A stretch of DNA of 64,000 nucleotides, taken from NCBI GenBank assembly GCA_050084515.1, contig CM114271.1, positions 42,408,001 through 42,472,000 on the forward strand. The letters are read 5' to 3'. Source of the DNA: Blasia pusilla (Eukaryota). The stretch's first letter is position 1; each line of letters starts with the position of its first letter. The notes under the pieces are model-generated. The model was given only the letters and a program-made list of their open reading frames with translations. It had not been told where the DNA came from and ran no database searches. Of the stretch, positions 12,349 to 24,960 are shown in pieces. The translations under genes and the position numbers were made by a program.

Positions 12349-13303
12349 CACTAGTAGAAAATATGCCATTTTTAACCCATATGTTTGTGACTTATGTTAC
12401 TACGAGTCATTTGAATTACACTTAGTTACTCCAAAACTGGTCAACTCGCGAGTTACTCACAAGATGGTTTAGTCACAAAAAGTTAGTAATGTAAACTTAG
12501 AGAGGAAAAAGAGTTTTGGATCAAGATGGGAAGATCGAAAAAAGAGAAAGAAAAAAAATTAGAAAGATAGAATTTCTTCAACACATCTAACTTGGCTTAA
12601 GAAAAATTTTCAAAAATTTTACTTTATTAATTACGGAAAAAATAATTTACCCCTTTTCCAATCCCCGTCTTCCAATAAGTAAAAGAAAATTTCTTACTTG
12701 ATGATTTTTTCCCAAAAGAGGGATTAAATTTTTCTCCCAATCTAGCTTGAAAATTAAAATAATATAGATATAATATTTCTTCCATTATTTTTAAGAATAA
12801 ATTTTGTCCCATTAGCATACTATTATCCTTTTCCTTTTTTCCCAAAAGGCAAAGTAATTAACTAAACTTTAAGTTGTTATTTCTCATAACTTCATTGGCA
12901 CGAACCTTGAGAATAGAATTTTAAATTTTCTAATGAAAACAGAGAATAAAAATGAAGGAGAATCTAAAATATTTCATGTTTGAAATTTGAGTCAATTAAA
13001 ATTAATTTTTAAAAATTAACCTAATTATTAAAAGCTTCCCATTCTTGTTTTTTTCGTAGTATAGGGTAGAATCAAGAAAGCTCCATGAATGAATTGGCTT
13101 CATGGAAAAATCTCAAAGGTATCATTTATTTATTGGTTCTCAAAATGAAGTAACGCACTTAATAACAAGATGATGTCTATTATTTTTCAAGTAAAAAATT
13201 CCCGCGCTTTGGCTTGATGTTATCCTTATTTGCGCCTAGGTTTGTATCTCGGACATTCTTCTCTTCTCTACTCTTGCCCAATTAAGCACAGATGTCCCAC
13301 TAG
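12349..13303 (+). mobile_element. AT-rich insertion beginning with a CACTA-like terminus
   Basis: Starts CACTAGTAGAAAA; no matching inverted right end seen. Positions 12550-12875 are similar to 35680-36015. Confidence 0.45.
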
Positions 13304-13304
13304 A

Positions 13305-13975
13305 TCAATCATCGTGCCTCACTGCCGGTGATCGACGGCCCGTATCTAATATAGAATCCACCAACAAATCGGAGGGACGCTCCACTCTCGCATAAGCCCT
13401 CTTAAATACCTCATGTGGTACCAAGTTGGTCCACCAAAGACGCGAGCGATGTGCTCGTGAACCCACACTCGCTGCATCTATTAACCTTGCCGGGCCGATC
13501 CATGTGCGCACATGATGTGCACTTGTCACCACGCGGGACCTCGGATTGCTCGAAATTGGCACATTCTCCAAAATATATGTTGGAGAACAAGACTGATGCT
13601 CATGTAAATGTTGCAAGATCCGCATCATCTCCCAAAACAACGTGGATCGAGTGTCAGCTAACCCGTTGCCTTGTCCAGCACTCGATTGGCCCTAACATGG
13701 CGAACCGGAAATGACCAAATCAATGGTCCCTACCCGCTCTAAGTCCTGCGCCCCGAGCAACGAAATATCCCTTGGTAGGGAACTCTCGTACTTTGACAAT
13801 AAATCGGGAAAACGTATGCATAACTACGCCATATGTCATAGTGAGACGCGCCTCGCAACATCATCACTCTCCATATACAAGTAGTGCTGCACTCCCACTC
13901 CTGCCTGCAAAACAATAGCTAACGTAGTGCTAATCCCTCCAAATAGATCTAACACTCAAATACCCTCCTCCGGGA
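13305..13975 (-). pseudogene. DNMT3-like C5 methyltransferase, motifs I-VIII, copy A
   Basis: VLDLFGGIST (motif I), YLYMESD (II), IDLVISGSPC*G (IV, catalytic PC), LFWEMMRIL, YILENV (VI), AHRSRLWWTNL (VIII). Confidence 0.9.
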
Positions 13976-14129
13976 TACACCACACAATGGGTGTGGTATC
14001 CAAGGGTGTCATTGTAGCACTCCCTGCTACCTCGGGTTCCTCAAACCCATCACGCTCCGGTGCAAACACCTCGCTCCACGTAGTCTGCACGTGCTCATCT
14101 GCTAATCGTCGAAGGTCCTCTGTCGACCC

Positions 14130-16500
14130 CTATAACGGCACCTCTCCTCCACGGAATGATGCGGCTACCATAACACTCCTCTCCATATAAATTTCAAGAA
14201 CGGGAGTATCCTCTGCATGGATATGTCCCTCAATCAAATCACTAGGCCAAGTGATAGCACTTCTAAATGCTGCTAAGGTCGCCACCTCTCCTGGCCTTCC
14301 CTCGATCACTGCACCTGTGAATCGAACGAGTAATGAGCTAAGACGCCCATCACCTGAATACCATCCTGGTCTATAAGACGCTGATTCCTTCAAGTAATCC
14401 CATCGGATATAACACTGCTCCACCAACCAAGACGTCGTAGGACTCTGCATTAGTCACTATCGCCTTGGTTGGCACGACGGACTCATCTGTAGGATGTCCC
14501 GCGTGAATCCTCACCACGATCTCATATCGGGTGATATACTATGTGGTACTCGCTCCACCAAAGGATGTCTATATCCAGAATGGAAAACGCTCCACATCGG
14601 CTCTCGTCAAGACCAATCCTCTGAATGACGCTTTCCCCAACATGAGGGGTTGCGCTCTTGAATCCAACAAGATGCGCTGCCGACTAAAAGCTCTCCCTCC
14701 GGGACTCACCAACTGGAAGACCTCTCCTCGGTTATCCAGCAACAAACACCAGGAAAAGCCATGGCACGCCGTATCATAGGTCTAGCGGGCATCTCCTTCA
14801 TCCTAGCAGCCGCAGCTTGCTATGAATCTGATGTGGACGGCGCGAGCATCCGCTCCAAGGGTAGGTCCATCACCTCCTCTGCAATCACCTCTGAATATGA
14901 TGCAAGAACTCCAACTCCATGCTCATATATTGAAGTGGCCAGCCAAAAAGCCTTGGCCGACATACCCCCCAACGTCATAACATCAAAAGCAGAAAATAAA
15001 GGAGTGCGGTACACAACGGTGGCCGCCCCCAACAACGTGCTCTACACATGCCCCTCCTTAGCATCAACAACAGGAGTCATTGCACTTGCTTCTCCCATCG
15101 CCCTCCGTACCTGCACACCAACAACATCACCAACTCTCCAGAACTTTGATGAGGACCCATCGATGGGGTCCTCATCTCTTTGGGCAACGTGTAAGACTGT
15201 AAGACTGGATCCAACTTTGCGACTTCTCCACGCGTCACAATCTGCGGCGGCCTCCATCTTGGCAACCTCGCACATCCAACCAGGACCCTCTATATCTCTG
15301 GCTCCTCCATATGATGTCGATGCCACGGATCCAGCATCGGGTAACCTCAATGCCATAGCGGCAATCTGCTCCTCTAGCTGCTGTATCTGAGCAGCCATCC
15401 CAGCCTCTCGTTTGGTATCTCCCTCGGCGCGTCTAGGTGGTGGTACTCTACCTCCTCCATGGGCAGCTCCACCACCTTGTCGGGCAACTCCAGCTCCTCG
15501 TCCCCCAACGGGACCACCTGGTGCGTGATCTCTATGCCCACCCGGACCGGCTACTCGCTCTGGTGCCCTCTTTGGCCCTTGGTCCGGACGTAACTCATGA
15601 TGTAAATTAAAACACCTGGGGATGAACTTGGGACAAACCCGATAAGATGGTGCAATTGCTCCAGTGCGAGTGATCCCTCCTAAAATATCACTAGTGGAAG
15701 AGGAAGTAGCCTCTCTTGACTCGTCCTCGTCATCTGGGAACGGCTCCGTCCATGAAACATAGTGTGGGTCATAGTAGAGTCACCATGCCTCAATCTCCAA
15801 GGCACATTTGTGGGAGAACTCATGGTAATCGTCCATGAGCGCCCCCTCTAAATGCTGGAACATACCATTCCACGTTGTAAACGGGTTGAACTCTCTAGAG
15901 TTTGTAGCCCTCTATGAGTCATACCAACTCCTAAACTCCACAATGAAGTCATGTAGCTCTATAGTGCCTACATCACCCGAAAACCTACGTGATCCTCTAC
16001 CCCGGTCGTCCATCTTGTACGCCCAACTAATAGGACCACTCAATGTGTAGGGTGGATAACTAACACACTCCTCTATACACTCAATCTCGTCTGAATACGA
16101 CACAAAAGGAGATCGAAGTGGTCTCTCACGTGGAGACCCTCAAAGCCTCGCACCAATCCGGATAAACCCTCCAGAGCTACTCTCAAGTCCACTACCTCGC
16201 CTCTCAAAAACCCGAAAGGACGCCGTGATGGCCCTCGTGCCCCTCTCACACGATCACTCTCATTCTCGTGAGTAATCCCTCAATCACTCAAACTAAACAT
16301 GCGGCATTCAATCTACACTCTCTCACTCAAACATGTGTTGTGCGGCAACAAGCAACGTGGTGCATATTTGGGAAATCCCTCACACGTGCAGGGTAAGAGA
16401 CCAAAATGGGTAACCTGATAATAATGTCGATATCGCTCCTCGGCAACTGCAAATCTCAACCCCAACTCGGTTGTGAAGACAACCCCTCCAATCAGCAAGT
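14130..16500 (-). pseudogene. gag and aspartic protease, copy A
   Basis: The gag segment FQHLEG..MDDYHEF is shared with copy B. Protease reads LLDSRAQPLMLG...SYDVLVG at about 14420-14740. Confidence 0.75.
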
Positions 16501-17658
16501 CGTACTCATCTCGTTTTGACGTTGCTCAAACCTCCTCGATGTGCGATGCAGGTCCAACGGTCCGGTGTGGTAGTGGCGGCACAAAACGGCTACAAATGGC
16601 ACGGCACTCGGTGGCATACCCTCCTCAATTAGAAATTCATATGCTTTTCACCTTAGTGAAGGAGCGGCTTTGCGATCAAGACGGTGCGGTGCGGCCACAT
16701 GCGGCACGGTGCAACAATCGGTGGCGCATTGCGGCTACGGGCGTCACGGCATGAGATTGATCATCGTCGAGCGGCTAGCATTTCAATCCCAACATAGCAA
16801 CATGAAATAAAAACCCAAACGCCATAACCCGAGGTTACCTGCCATCACTGGTTGATGATGAAACTACGATGACGGTGGCGGCCAAACCAAAGTATGTGGT
16901 GGCGGCGCAAGTGAGAGAATCAACGGTGGTCGTGGAAGACCTTCCACTCTGTAATGGCGGCAATGGCAACCAAAGGGTGGACAACAGCCGAATGCGGCTC
17001 TGAGCACCGCTAGGCGACGGCAACGGCCGATGGTAGATGATGGACCGTTGACGATGATGGTTGACCATGGATGGTGAAGGTTGACCGTTGACCGTTGATG
17101 GTGACTATGACGGCGACGGCTGGTTTAGGGTTTGAACAATTTAACCCTAAAAATTGCCTACAAATGGAAATTTTGCAAGATTGACCATAACTTTTTGCTT
17201 GCAACTCCAAATTGCACACCATTTATGGCATAGCATGCACAGCTTTACGATCTACAGGAGTATCAAAAAATATTTGGAATTAAACATTCAAGTAAAAAGT
17301 GACAGGGATTGTCATAAAGCCAAATGTCTCTTTCTCCTACACATAATTCAACAATTCGTCCGCATTGATTTCTCCCAACGAAAATGTAAAACATGTGAGA
17401 ATACAAATTAGCAAGATTCATGATGCTCTCAAGAGCACCGGCATGGGGAAACCTACCCACATACTCAATCCCTATCAATAATTGGGCAGCACTTCCGCGC
17501 GCCACTCTTCCACACGAAAAATTGGCAAAGGAAACATCACAAGTAAGCGGCTCTTGCTCCTGTGAGCACTCCCATGAACCGCTGAATGGGGAATACAATC
17601 CCCGACATGCAAAACCAGCAAGTGACTTGCAAGCTCCCCCATGATCATCTCTTACTCA

Positions 17659-18189
17659 CTCATTCTCCATTTGTAAAATATGATCAAATCTCTCTCACAA
17701 CACTATAATTCTCACATGTGTGCACTCTCAGATGTGTCTCTCAATGTCAAACCAAACCCACTCTCCTAATGAGAGGCTTGGGTCATACACACAAGGCCAG
17801 CAAGACCATAGCTCCCCCACCTCATGCCAAGAGGTTCAACAAAGAGAGAATGAGCTCTCAAGTTCTCTCTCCTTGAGGTATACCCCTCCCCTCTCCCAAG
17901 CTCTCTCCATGGTAACCTATGCTCCCAAGTCACCTCCTTGGCTCTTGACCTGATGTAGGAGGTCAAAGGAAACTTACCAAAAATAGAAAGTTGATCACAT
18001 ACTCAAAATGATACCGACCTAAAATATACGTTCCCCAATATGGCTCCAAATGAGCCGAAACGAAGGGGAAACCTACTCTCTCAGGTTTCCCGCGGCCCTA
18101 ACGGTCATCCTCGACCTATTGAGCCTGTCCTCCACTACTCACAAAGGCACTCTACTAGATCTCATCAATCTATCCTAAAAGACGTGATA
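17659..18189 (-). repeat. 5' repeat A1 of copy A, with promoter and putative self-priming site
   Basis: Positions 18189-18103 match A2 at 8177-8263. TATA-like motif at 17882-17879. Positions 17674-17659 are complementary (14 of 16) to 17854-17839. Confidence 0.7.
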
Positions 18190-19972
18190 CTGTTGATCTT
18201 GTAGTAACTTGCACATCTGAGCGTTCTTCACCGTTACTTTCTTGAATTCCGTTTGCAGAAGAGCCACTTGGTGTTGATACTATCGAATCAACTACGAAGC
18301 CTACTTTACTTGCGCCACCAACTGATCCATCCCAAAATTGATATTGATGGCCAAACTTTCTCATTGTTTTTTATTTCGGGATTCATACTATGCTTGTACC
18401 AACTCGGTTTGAGCTTTCTGAAGCATCACCTTTGTGTCGTCCAACTCTTGATTGCAAGGCTCGAGCTGTTGTTGTAGCAGACTTCGCTACGTTTCGTTCT
18501 CTGAGGAAGACTGTGCATTATTATCCAGATCATTGAGCGCCTGGATATTCTGGTTTGCTTCTACCTCATCATCCAAGTGTAATACCCTCTGTAGGTGGTT
18601 CATGACTGGAACATCTAGATTAAGAAACCACACAAGATGCGTTGAAGTCCTTGTCATGTGACGAAGAGTGTGGGAGTTCTCGTGAGTGTTGGGTGTCTCA
18701 ACTGGATCTTTGCCTGGTCCATGTCTGAAGGCATCTCAAAGTTTACCCTTCCATTATTTGGTCTTGGCAGCTCGGCTCGATCCTCGTCTTTGCCCAAAGA
18801 AGAAGTAAGTGGGTGTTGCCTTCGACCTGCTTCGTGAGTTGGCGTGACTTTGCGGCTTCTTGAAGTTGAAGTTTCACCCATCTTCGGCAAGCGCACAAGA
18901 GTCACTTGCGTCCAATCCAATGCCTCATCCGCCGTCACTTCCTGCTATGAATGTAAAAATGGATTAAGAAAGGTGATAAGAAAGACTTCGTGCTCGAATG
19001 AAGCTCGTCTATCATCCCGCGCACTTGGCCATCAAGGACACCATCGAAGTCTACACCTGGGGCTTCGGGCTCCTAGTGTTGATTCCACAACACATAGCAC
19101 ATCTTGACAAGTTTGTTGGTCAAGTAGTAAGATTGGGCAAGATAGAACAAAGTCATCAAATTCTTGCAGAATTGTCCAAACAAGAGTGGGGACAAAGAGG
19201 TAGTTTTATAGCCATTCATGCCTAAGCGATCCAACGTCACACAGCCCAATGCCAACAAATCTTCATGCTTCACCATCAAGTCGGTGTCATATTTATACTC
19301 AAGGGCATCAGGAAGCATATAAGTTGCTCTCTAGTCATCGGGAGTCCAATGTTGTGGCAGGGCGCGGAACCGGAACCCTCGCTTCTTGAATTTGGCAGCT
19401 GCGACCGAAGAGCAAACCTCCTTGAGAAGGTTGCTTGAAGTCAAGGTCCAATTTGATTGGAAATGCGTCACCTGTGATCGTTCTTCGAGCACTTCGACTA
19501 ACTCGGTGCATAAGCTTAATAAGTGGCATGGCCGCACTTCGCATGGTGGGCGTTGAGTCTTCCCGAGGCATCGTCGGTGTCGAGCAAAGTGCCGTAGGTT
19601 GGTCCCTATGTGCTCCGCCCTTTGGCCTACTCTGCAACTTGGTGGGCTCTCCATCCATGAAAATGAATGCGCGGGTAGTAGCCAATGCCTTATGTCGACG
19701 CATTCCTTAACAATTTCTTGGTGGTGGCGGCGCAGCTATAACAAAACTTCCGGCAGCGGCTAGAGCGTGGCGCGTGAGATAACGGCCAGATCATCTCGGT
19801 CTTGATTGACAAACAAAGTTTGTCTGCCTCTTCGCGCTTTGTGTAAGTCCAAAGCAATCCCCTCTTTTTCTTCGTAAAATCCCAAAGCCCGGCACCGCAC
19901 TTTGTTCCTTGTGATAACGCGAAGCACCTTGTAACAAAGGGCCTAAACCTCCTTCCCCCCCCCCTCCAGATT

Positions 19973-22900
19973 TTAGTCAGGGTAGGGTTGCGGCTGATGA
20001 TACCATCGAACATGTATGCCATTGACGCGAGTCGGCAGTGCCTCTCCATTTAATGTTTCCAACTGCACTGATCCATTATCATATATTGCTAATACACGGT
20101 AGGGTCCCATCCAGTTCAATTTTAACTTCCCGCAGAACTTCAACTGGCGGTTACCATACAGCAACACCACGTCCCTAATACTTATAGATTGCGGCCTTAG
20201 ATGTCGGTTGTATTGTTCTTTCCGTTCTCTCATGTAGGGCTATGACCCGTGCTTCCTCCAACGCCATTAAGATCTCATTCCTCCCTTGGAGAACCCCTAT
20301 GGCATCCTCCGTTCTATTCTCCTCCAAAACGCGATAAGTGGGTAAATCCCATTCAATAGGAATCAAGGGTTGAACTCCATAAGTAAGGTAAAATGGGTAT
20401 ACTTGGTGGTAACCTTCTTTGTTGTCCAATAGGCCCACAACGCCATTGGGATTTTTGCGTCCCAATCATAAGAATATGAAACCGTCAAGCGATTCAGTAT
20501 CCAACAGATAAGTCCATTAGATTTTTTGGTTAACCCATTGGCTTTAGGATGGGTGGGATGCTTGATTAAAAAGTGGGAAGTCAACGACTCAATAGTCTTG
20601 TTCAAGAAGTGAGTGCCATGATCACTTACCAACTCCAATGGGTAGCCATACCTGGTGATAATCATTTTGTTTAAGAATTTGGCCACGGCCTCACTATCGT
20701 CTTTGCGTGTTGCAACGGCCTCGACCATCTTAGTACAGTAGTCGGTGGCTATAAGAATATATTTCCACCTTGTTTGGTGATTAGTTGAAGAAATAGGCCC
20801 CACAAAATCAATGCCCCATTTCTCAAAAGGAGCTAAGGGCAGGATTGGCACCAAAGGCCAGCGAGAGGTAGCAGTTGGTCTTCGTGCTCTTTGACATGCA
20901 TCACAACTCTCAATAAATTTTTCTACATCCATGTACATGGTTGGCCACCAGTAATGTGCCACCAAGATATTCTTGACCATGTTCTTAATGGCATAGTTTC
21001 CTCCCGAATTGGCTGCATGCATGGCCCTAATAACGCGAGAATTTTTCTCTGCTTCCAAGCATCTTTGATACTCTTTATTAGCACCTAATTTGAGTAATAC
21101 TCCGTGACACAACTCATACGGGCCTATTTAATGTAAAAAAATTGCCCGCTCCTCCGTCGTCATACGGACAAGAAGTTGTAAGGTTATCAAAAAATTCAAA
21201 ATTTCTTCATACAGGGACTAGCATAGTTGGTCCTCAGTAATCTGGAATAGGTGCTTGTCAGGGAAGGTGTCGTCCAAAGTCTGTGTAAGGTCCGCCTTTG
21301 TCATCCGCAACCTTGATAAGAAATTTGTGTTGGTATGTACCTTTCCTGCACGGGTAATTACATCGAATGTGAATTCTTGAAGTAACAAGATCCACCGCGC
21401 AATTCTTTCGAAAAGATCCGCCTTGACCATTAATGGTTGGAGAGCAAAATGGTCCACATGAAAGACAAACTCATACCCTAAAAACTAATGACGGAACTTC
21501 TTACAACAGAATACCATTCCGTGCGCTTCCCGTTTGATAGTGGTATATTTCTGTTCGGTCGTAGATAATTTCCGACTTGCGTAATAAACCGGATAATCAT
21601 GTTTGTTATCATCAAGTTGGCTGAGCACCACCCTTATGGCAAATGACAATGTGTGCACGTACAAGTGGAAGGGTTTCGTCATGTTAGAGGGCCAAAGTAC
21701 GGGAGTTGCAAGCAACGCTTGTTTTAATTCTTCAAACGCTTCTTGGCAGGTGGGGGTCCAATCCCATTCGATGACCTTAAGCAAAGCGGTTAGGGCTCCT
21801 GCTTTTACTGCATAATCCTTAATGAACTGTCGATAATATTCGATATGGCTTAGGAATCCCCTCAGTTCTTTGAGGTTTGTGGGAGGTTCCAATGCTACAA
21901 TAATATCCACTTTGGCCTTGTCAACCTCAATCCCCTGGGAGGACACTCGGTGTCCCAACAAGATAGATACCTTGTCTCATGGAAATATACGACTTTTCAG
22001 GATGGAGGGATATATGCCAAGGTTAACTTTAATTTGTGCAAATGCTCCGCCTCCGAACTGAAAATACAAAAAATATGGAGGAAAATTTTGATGAATTTCC
22101 GAGGATACTCTTTGAAGATGGAGATCATTATCCGCTGGAAGGTTGCCGTCCCATTACACAGCCCAAACGACATCACTTGATACGCGAAGGTGCCCCATTT
22201 GGTGGTAAATGTTGTGAGGGGCCAATCTTTTTCCCTAATGGATACGTGTATATAACCCGAGTACCCGTCCAAGAACGTATAATGCTTGTGGCCAGCGACT
22301 TTTTGTCCAAAATGATGTCGATGAAGGGTAGGGGATGATGGTCCTTCAAGGTGACCGCATTCAACTTGCGATAATCTTGGCATACCCTGATCTTCCTCGA
22401 TTGCTTCTTTGGTACAATCACAATGGGAGATACCCACTCGCTGCTCAACACGGGGTAAATAACTCTTGCTTCGAGATGCTGGTCTATCTCGTCATTGAAT
22501 AACAACGAGTATTTGGGATTAAGGTGGTATTGCATCACACGCATTGAGATGATGCCCGATTTTAGATTGATTCGGTGTTCACCATACTTCGCGGGAACAA
22601 CATTCATTTCATCCATGGCATACGTGAAGATATCCAAGTACTCAAGCAATACATTTTTATAATTAGTGAGTTATGTAGGGGACAAATCCGCCGGAAGGGA
22701 TAAGGATTTCTGACTTGTAATTAGGACTTGTACATAGTCCTTTTCTTGAACCATATTTTCCGTAAACGGGAATGTGCTATGGCCTTGTTTTTCTTCTCGG
22801 TTGACCTTTGTTCTCTAGACGTCGAATCTTCGTCGACTTCATAGCATTCTAAATAATATACATTAGAGGAGGACTCAACAACTTTTGTTTCCTCCTAGTT

Positions 22901-23340
22901 GACGCATAGCCCTCGTCAGTCGCGGGAATTTCTCCTTGAGTCGGAGGTGATTTCCATGAAAGCTTGATCAATCTTGTTGGGACTTGGTCTGGAGCTTGGA
23001 ACATGAACCGTCTTCTTTTCCATTTGGTGATCACTTGTGCATCGTAGAGCGAAGACTGCCCAATCAGCAAGGGGTATCTTGTGGCTGTCAATGGCTGTAA
23101 CACTAAGTAATCCGGAAGAAATAATACACTCCCCACCATTTTCTGGAATCAGAGTGAGCTTTCCGAGTGGTCACTTTCGGGACTGATCCGCATGCCGCAG
23201 ATATTTTTCTATGGGCTGGTACTTTGTGTATCCCAAAGCATGGGCTGTCTATTCTGTCACAATGTAGATCCCACTCCCGGAGTCAATGGGGACTTTCTTA
23301 ATGGTTTTTCCATCAATCTCGACTTCTACTTCTTGGGCTC
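19973..23340 (-). pseudogene. pol (PR-RT-RH-INT) of the non-chromoviral gypsy element
   Basis: VPIDSGSG; FLDGYSGY; SFGLCNGTATFQR; PVYYASRKL; RIARWILLLQEF; CDACQR; KWGIDFVGP; LVSDHGTHF; WMGPYRV. Confidence 0.92.
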
Positions 23341-23428
23341 CCAAATCTTCCACTTCAATACGAAATAAATCCATAACTAGTAGATGCTTTGGGGACTTTT
23401 TGTGTTTTCTCCGGCTCACCTTATACTA

Positions 23429-24950
23429 TTACAAAATCTTACCGTAGACCAGGTTATCCATTAGCATTTGTAATAAGGTGATATTGGCTAATATTGATGC
23501 CAAGTCCCTAAGTAAGTTGTATGCTTCTAAAACGAGTAGTGAGGTCACGGTGATGGCTTGTATAGTTGGCGCCTTTTCTGCCCTCGGTCTTTCTGTTGTC
23601 CTTTGTGCCACTAGTTCTTGGCCTCGGTCTTGGCAGACTTGAGCATGAATCTGGTCCTCGACATCCTGATGAAAGTACTTGGGATGACTTCGGTCAAAGG
23701 CCCGGTCCAAATCTCCTTTAAGAATGGCCTTCCTTGCCCAAAAGGTGTCTGTTCTTTTCTTCTTGGAGTCTTTGACTTCGCGCAAAGACAAAGCCCCTAC
23801 CCTCATCTTGGTTATCTCAATGGTCTTGGTCTTTGACCTTGTGGTGATAACGAGGGCTTTGTTCAGGAGATCCTCGGGCCATTCCGAGGATTCTTCGGAT
23901 GCCTTTCTGTCAGACTCCTCTTCCCTAATGGTAACTTTTCTTATCTTGGGAGATGCTAATTCCTCCACTCGGACGAGCTAAAAATTCACCATTCTCGGAC
24001 TCTGCTTGTGCTGCTAGGGTTGCTATAGACTTGACCAACAATCGTGGAACCTTGGGTTCTGGGCACTCCATTGCAGTGTGCCCACCCTTCTTGCAATTCC
24101 CGCACAAAGGATTGAGTCCTACTGGCACCTTGGGGATTGGGCAATTTTTGGCCTAATGGTTTGTTGCCCCACAATTGTAGCAGCTGTTTATTTTTTTTGG
24201 TGGAGTGAAGGCCGTAGGGTCCATAATCGGTCTCAAGGGTCTCAGTTCCCTGTGTTTTGGAGGCACATACCTTGGGATCCAATTTCGTTTGGGATTAGAG
24301 GCGGGCATGGCCTGAATTGCATAACAACCTTCCCATTTTTCGGCTTCATACCACCCTTCTTCTATAGTTGGGTCTTCCTGCATCCAACGTAGATCTCTCT
24401 GAAGGTGACACTCCTGGGCAGTATGCCCTTGGTTTCCATAGGCACTGCACCATACGTTCGGCCTCATAAGACCTGGTCTTCTTCTCGGGTCACTCTGGGC
24501 CCCCATACGCACCTTCAACTCTGCCATTTGTTTACTTAACTCCTCCATGGCTGACTTGCTTGCCTTCCTCTTGGTCCCTTGTACTGGACTTAGAGACTTC
24601 TGGGTGACATGCTTTGCATGCCTAGTTTTCCACCCAAGCTTGGAAGAGCGGTGGTGTGTGCCCTTTTTCTTCCGCTTGGACTTTGAGTCTTCTTCAAAGT
24701 CTGAGGACTCAGTGGTATTGTGAGTAGAAGCTTCAGTGTCTGTAGAGGACGCTTCGTCATGGGGCAAAGAACTAGTCTGCAAAGCGCCTTGTCGTTGGTG
24801 ATGTCATCTTCGTGTCTTGCAAGATTTCTCAAAGGCTTCGTACGCCTCCGCGGATGCAATGACCGTTTCCAGCGAGTCTCCTTGGCCTCGGCGGCAGTAT
24901 TGGTCCATTTCCTTGGATAGTTGAGACACAAACCAATCTACCAATTGCGA
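23429..24950 (-). pseudogene. gag of the non-chromoviral gypsy element
   Basis: Zinc knuckles CSAYGNQGHTAQEC (degenerate), CYNCGATNH..KNC and CGNCKKGGHTAMEC; ITTRSK motif. Confidence 0.8.
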
Positions 24951-24960
24951 GGTAGTGGTG

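Larger units (their letters stand above)
7695..18189 (-). mobile_element. DNMT3/PHD-carrying Ty3/gypsy-like retrotransposon, copy A (near full length; 3' end inverted)
   Basis: 5' repeat A1 starts TATCACGTC at 18189, then gag, PR, MTase, RT, RH and INT on the minus strand. PHD, 3'UTR, PPT, B1 and partial A2 lie on the plus strand at 7695-8263. A2 (8177-8263) matches A1 (18189-18103). Confidence 0.88.
18190..24960 (-). mobile_element. Non-chromoviral Ty3/gypsy element (Athila/Tat/Phygy-like), internal region, both ends cut by insertions
   Basis: gag with three zinc knuckles, PR, RT, RH, INT with a GPY motif, then an extra ORF region. Confidence 0.88.

Noticed and set aside
14761-15390. 209-aa plus-strand ORF
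   Set aside because: Antisense shadow of the gag-protease linker of copy A.
17122-17150. Telomeric repeat
   Set aside because: Only isolated TTTAGGG/CCCTAAA units, no array.
7695-18189. DIRS/Ngaro-type tyrosine-recombinase element
   Set aside because: No YR motifs noticed; a gypsy HHCC/DDE integrase, an aspartic protease and 4-bp TSDs are present.
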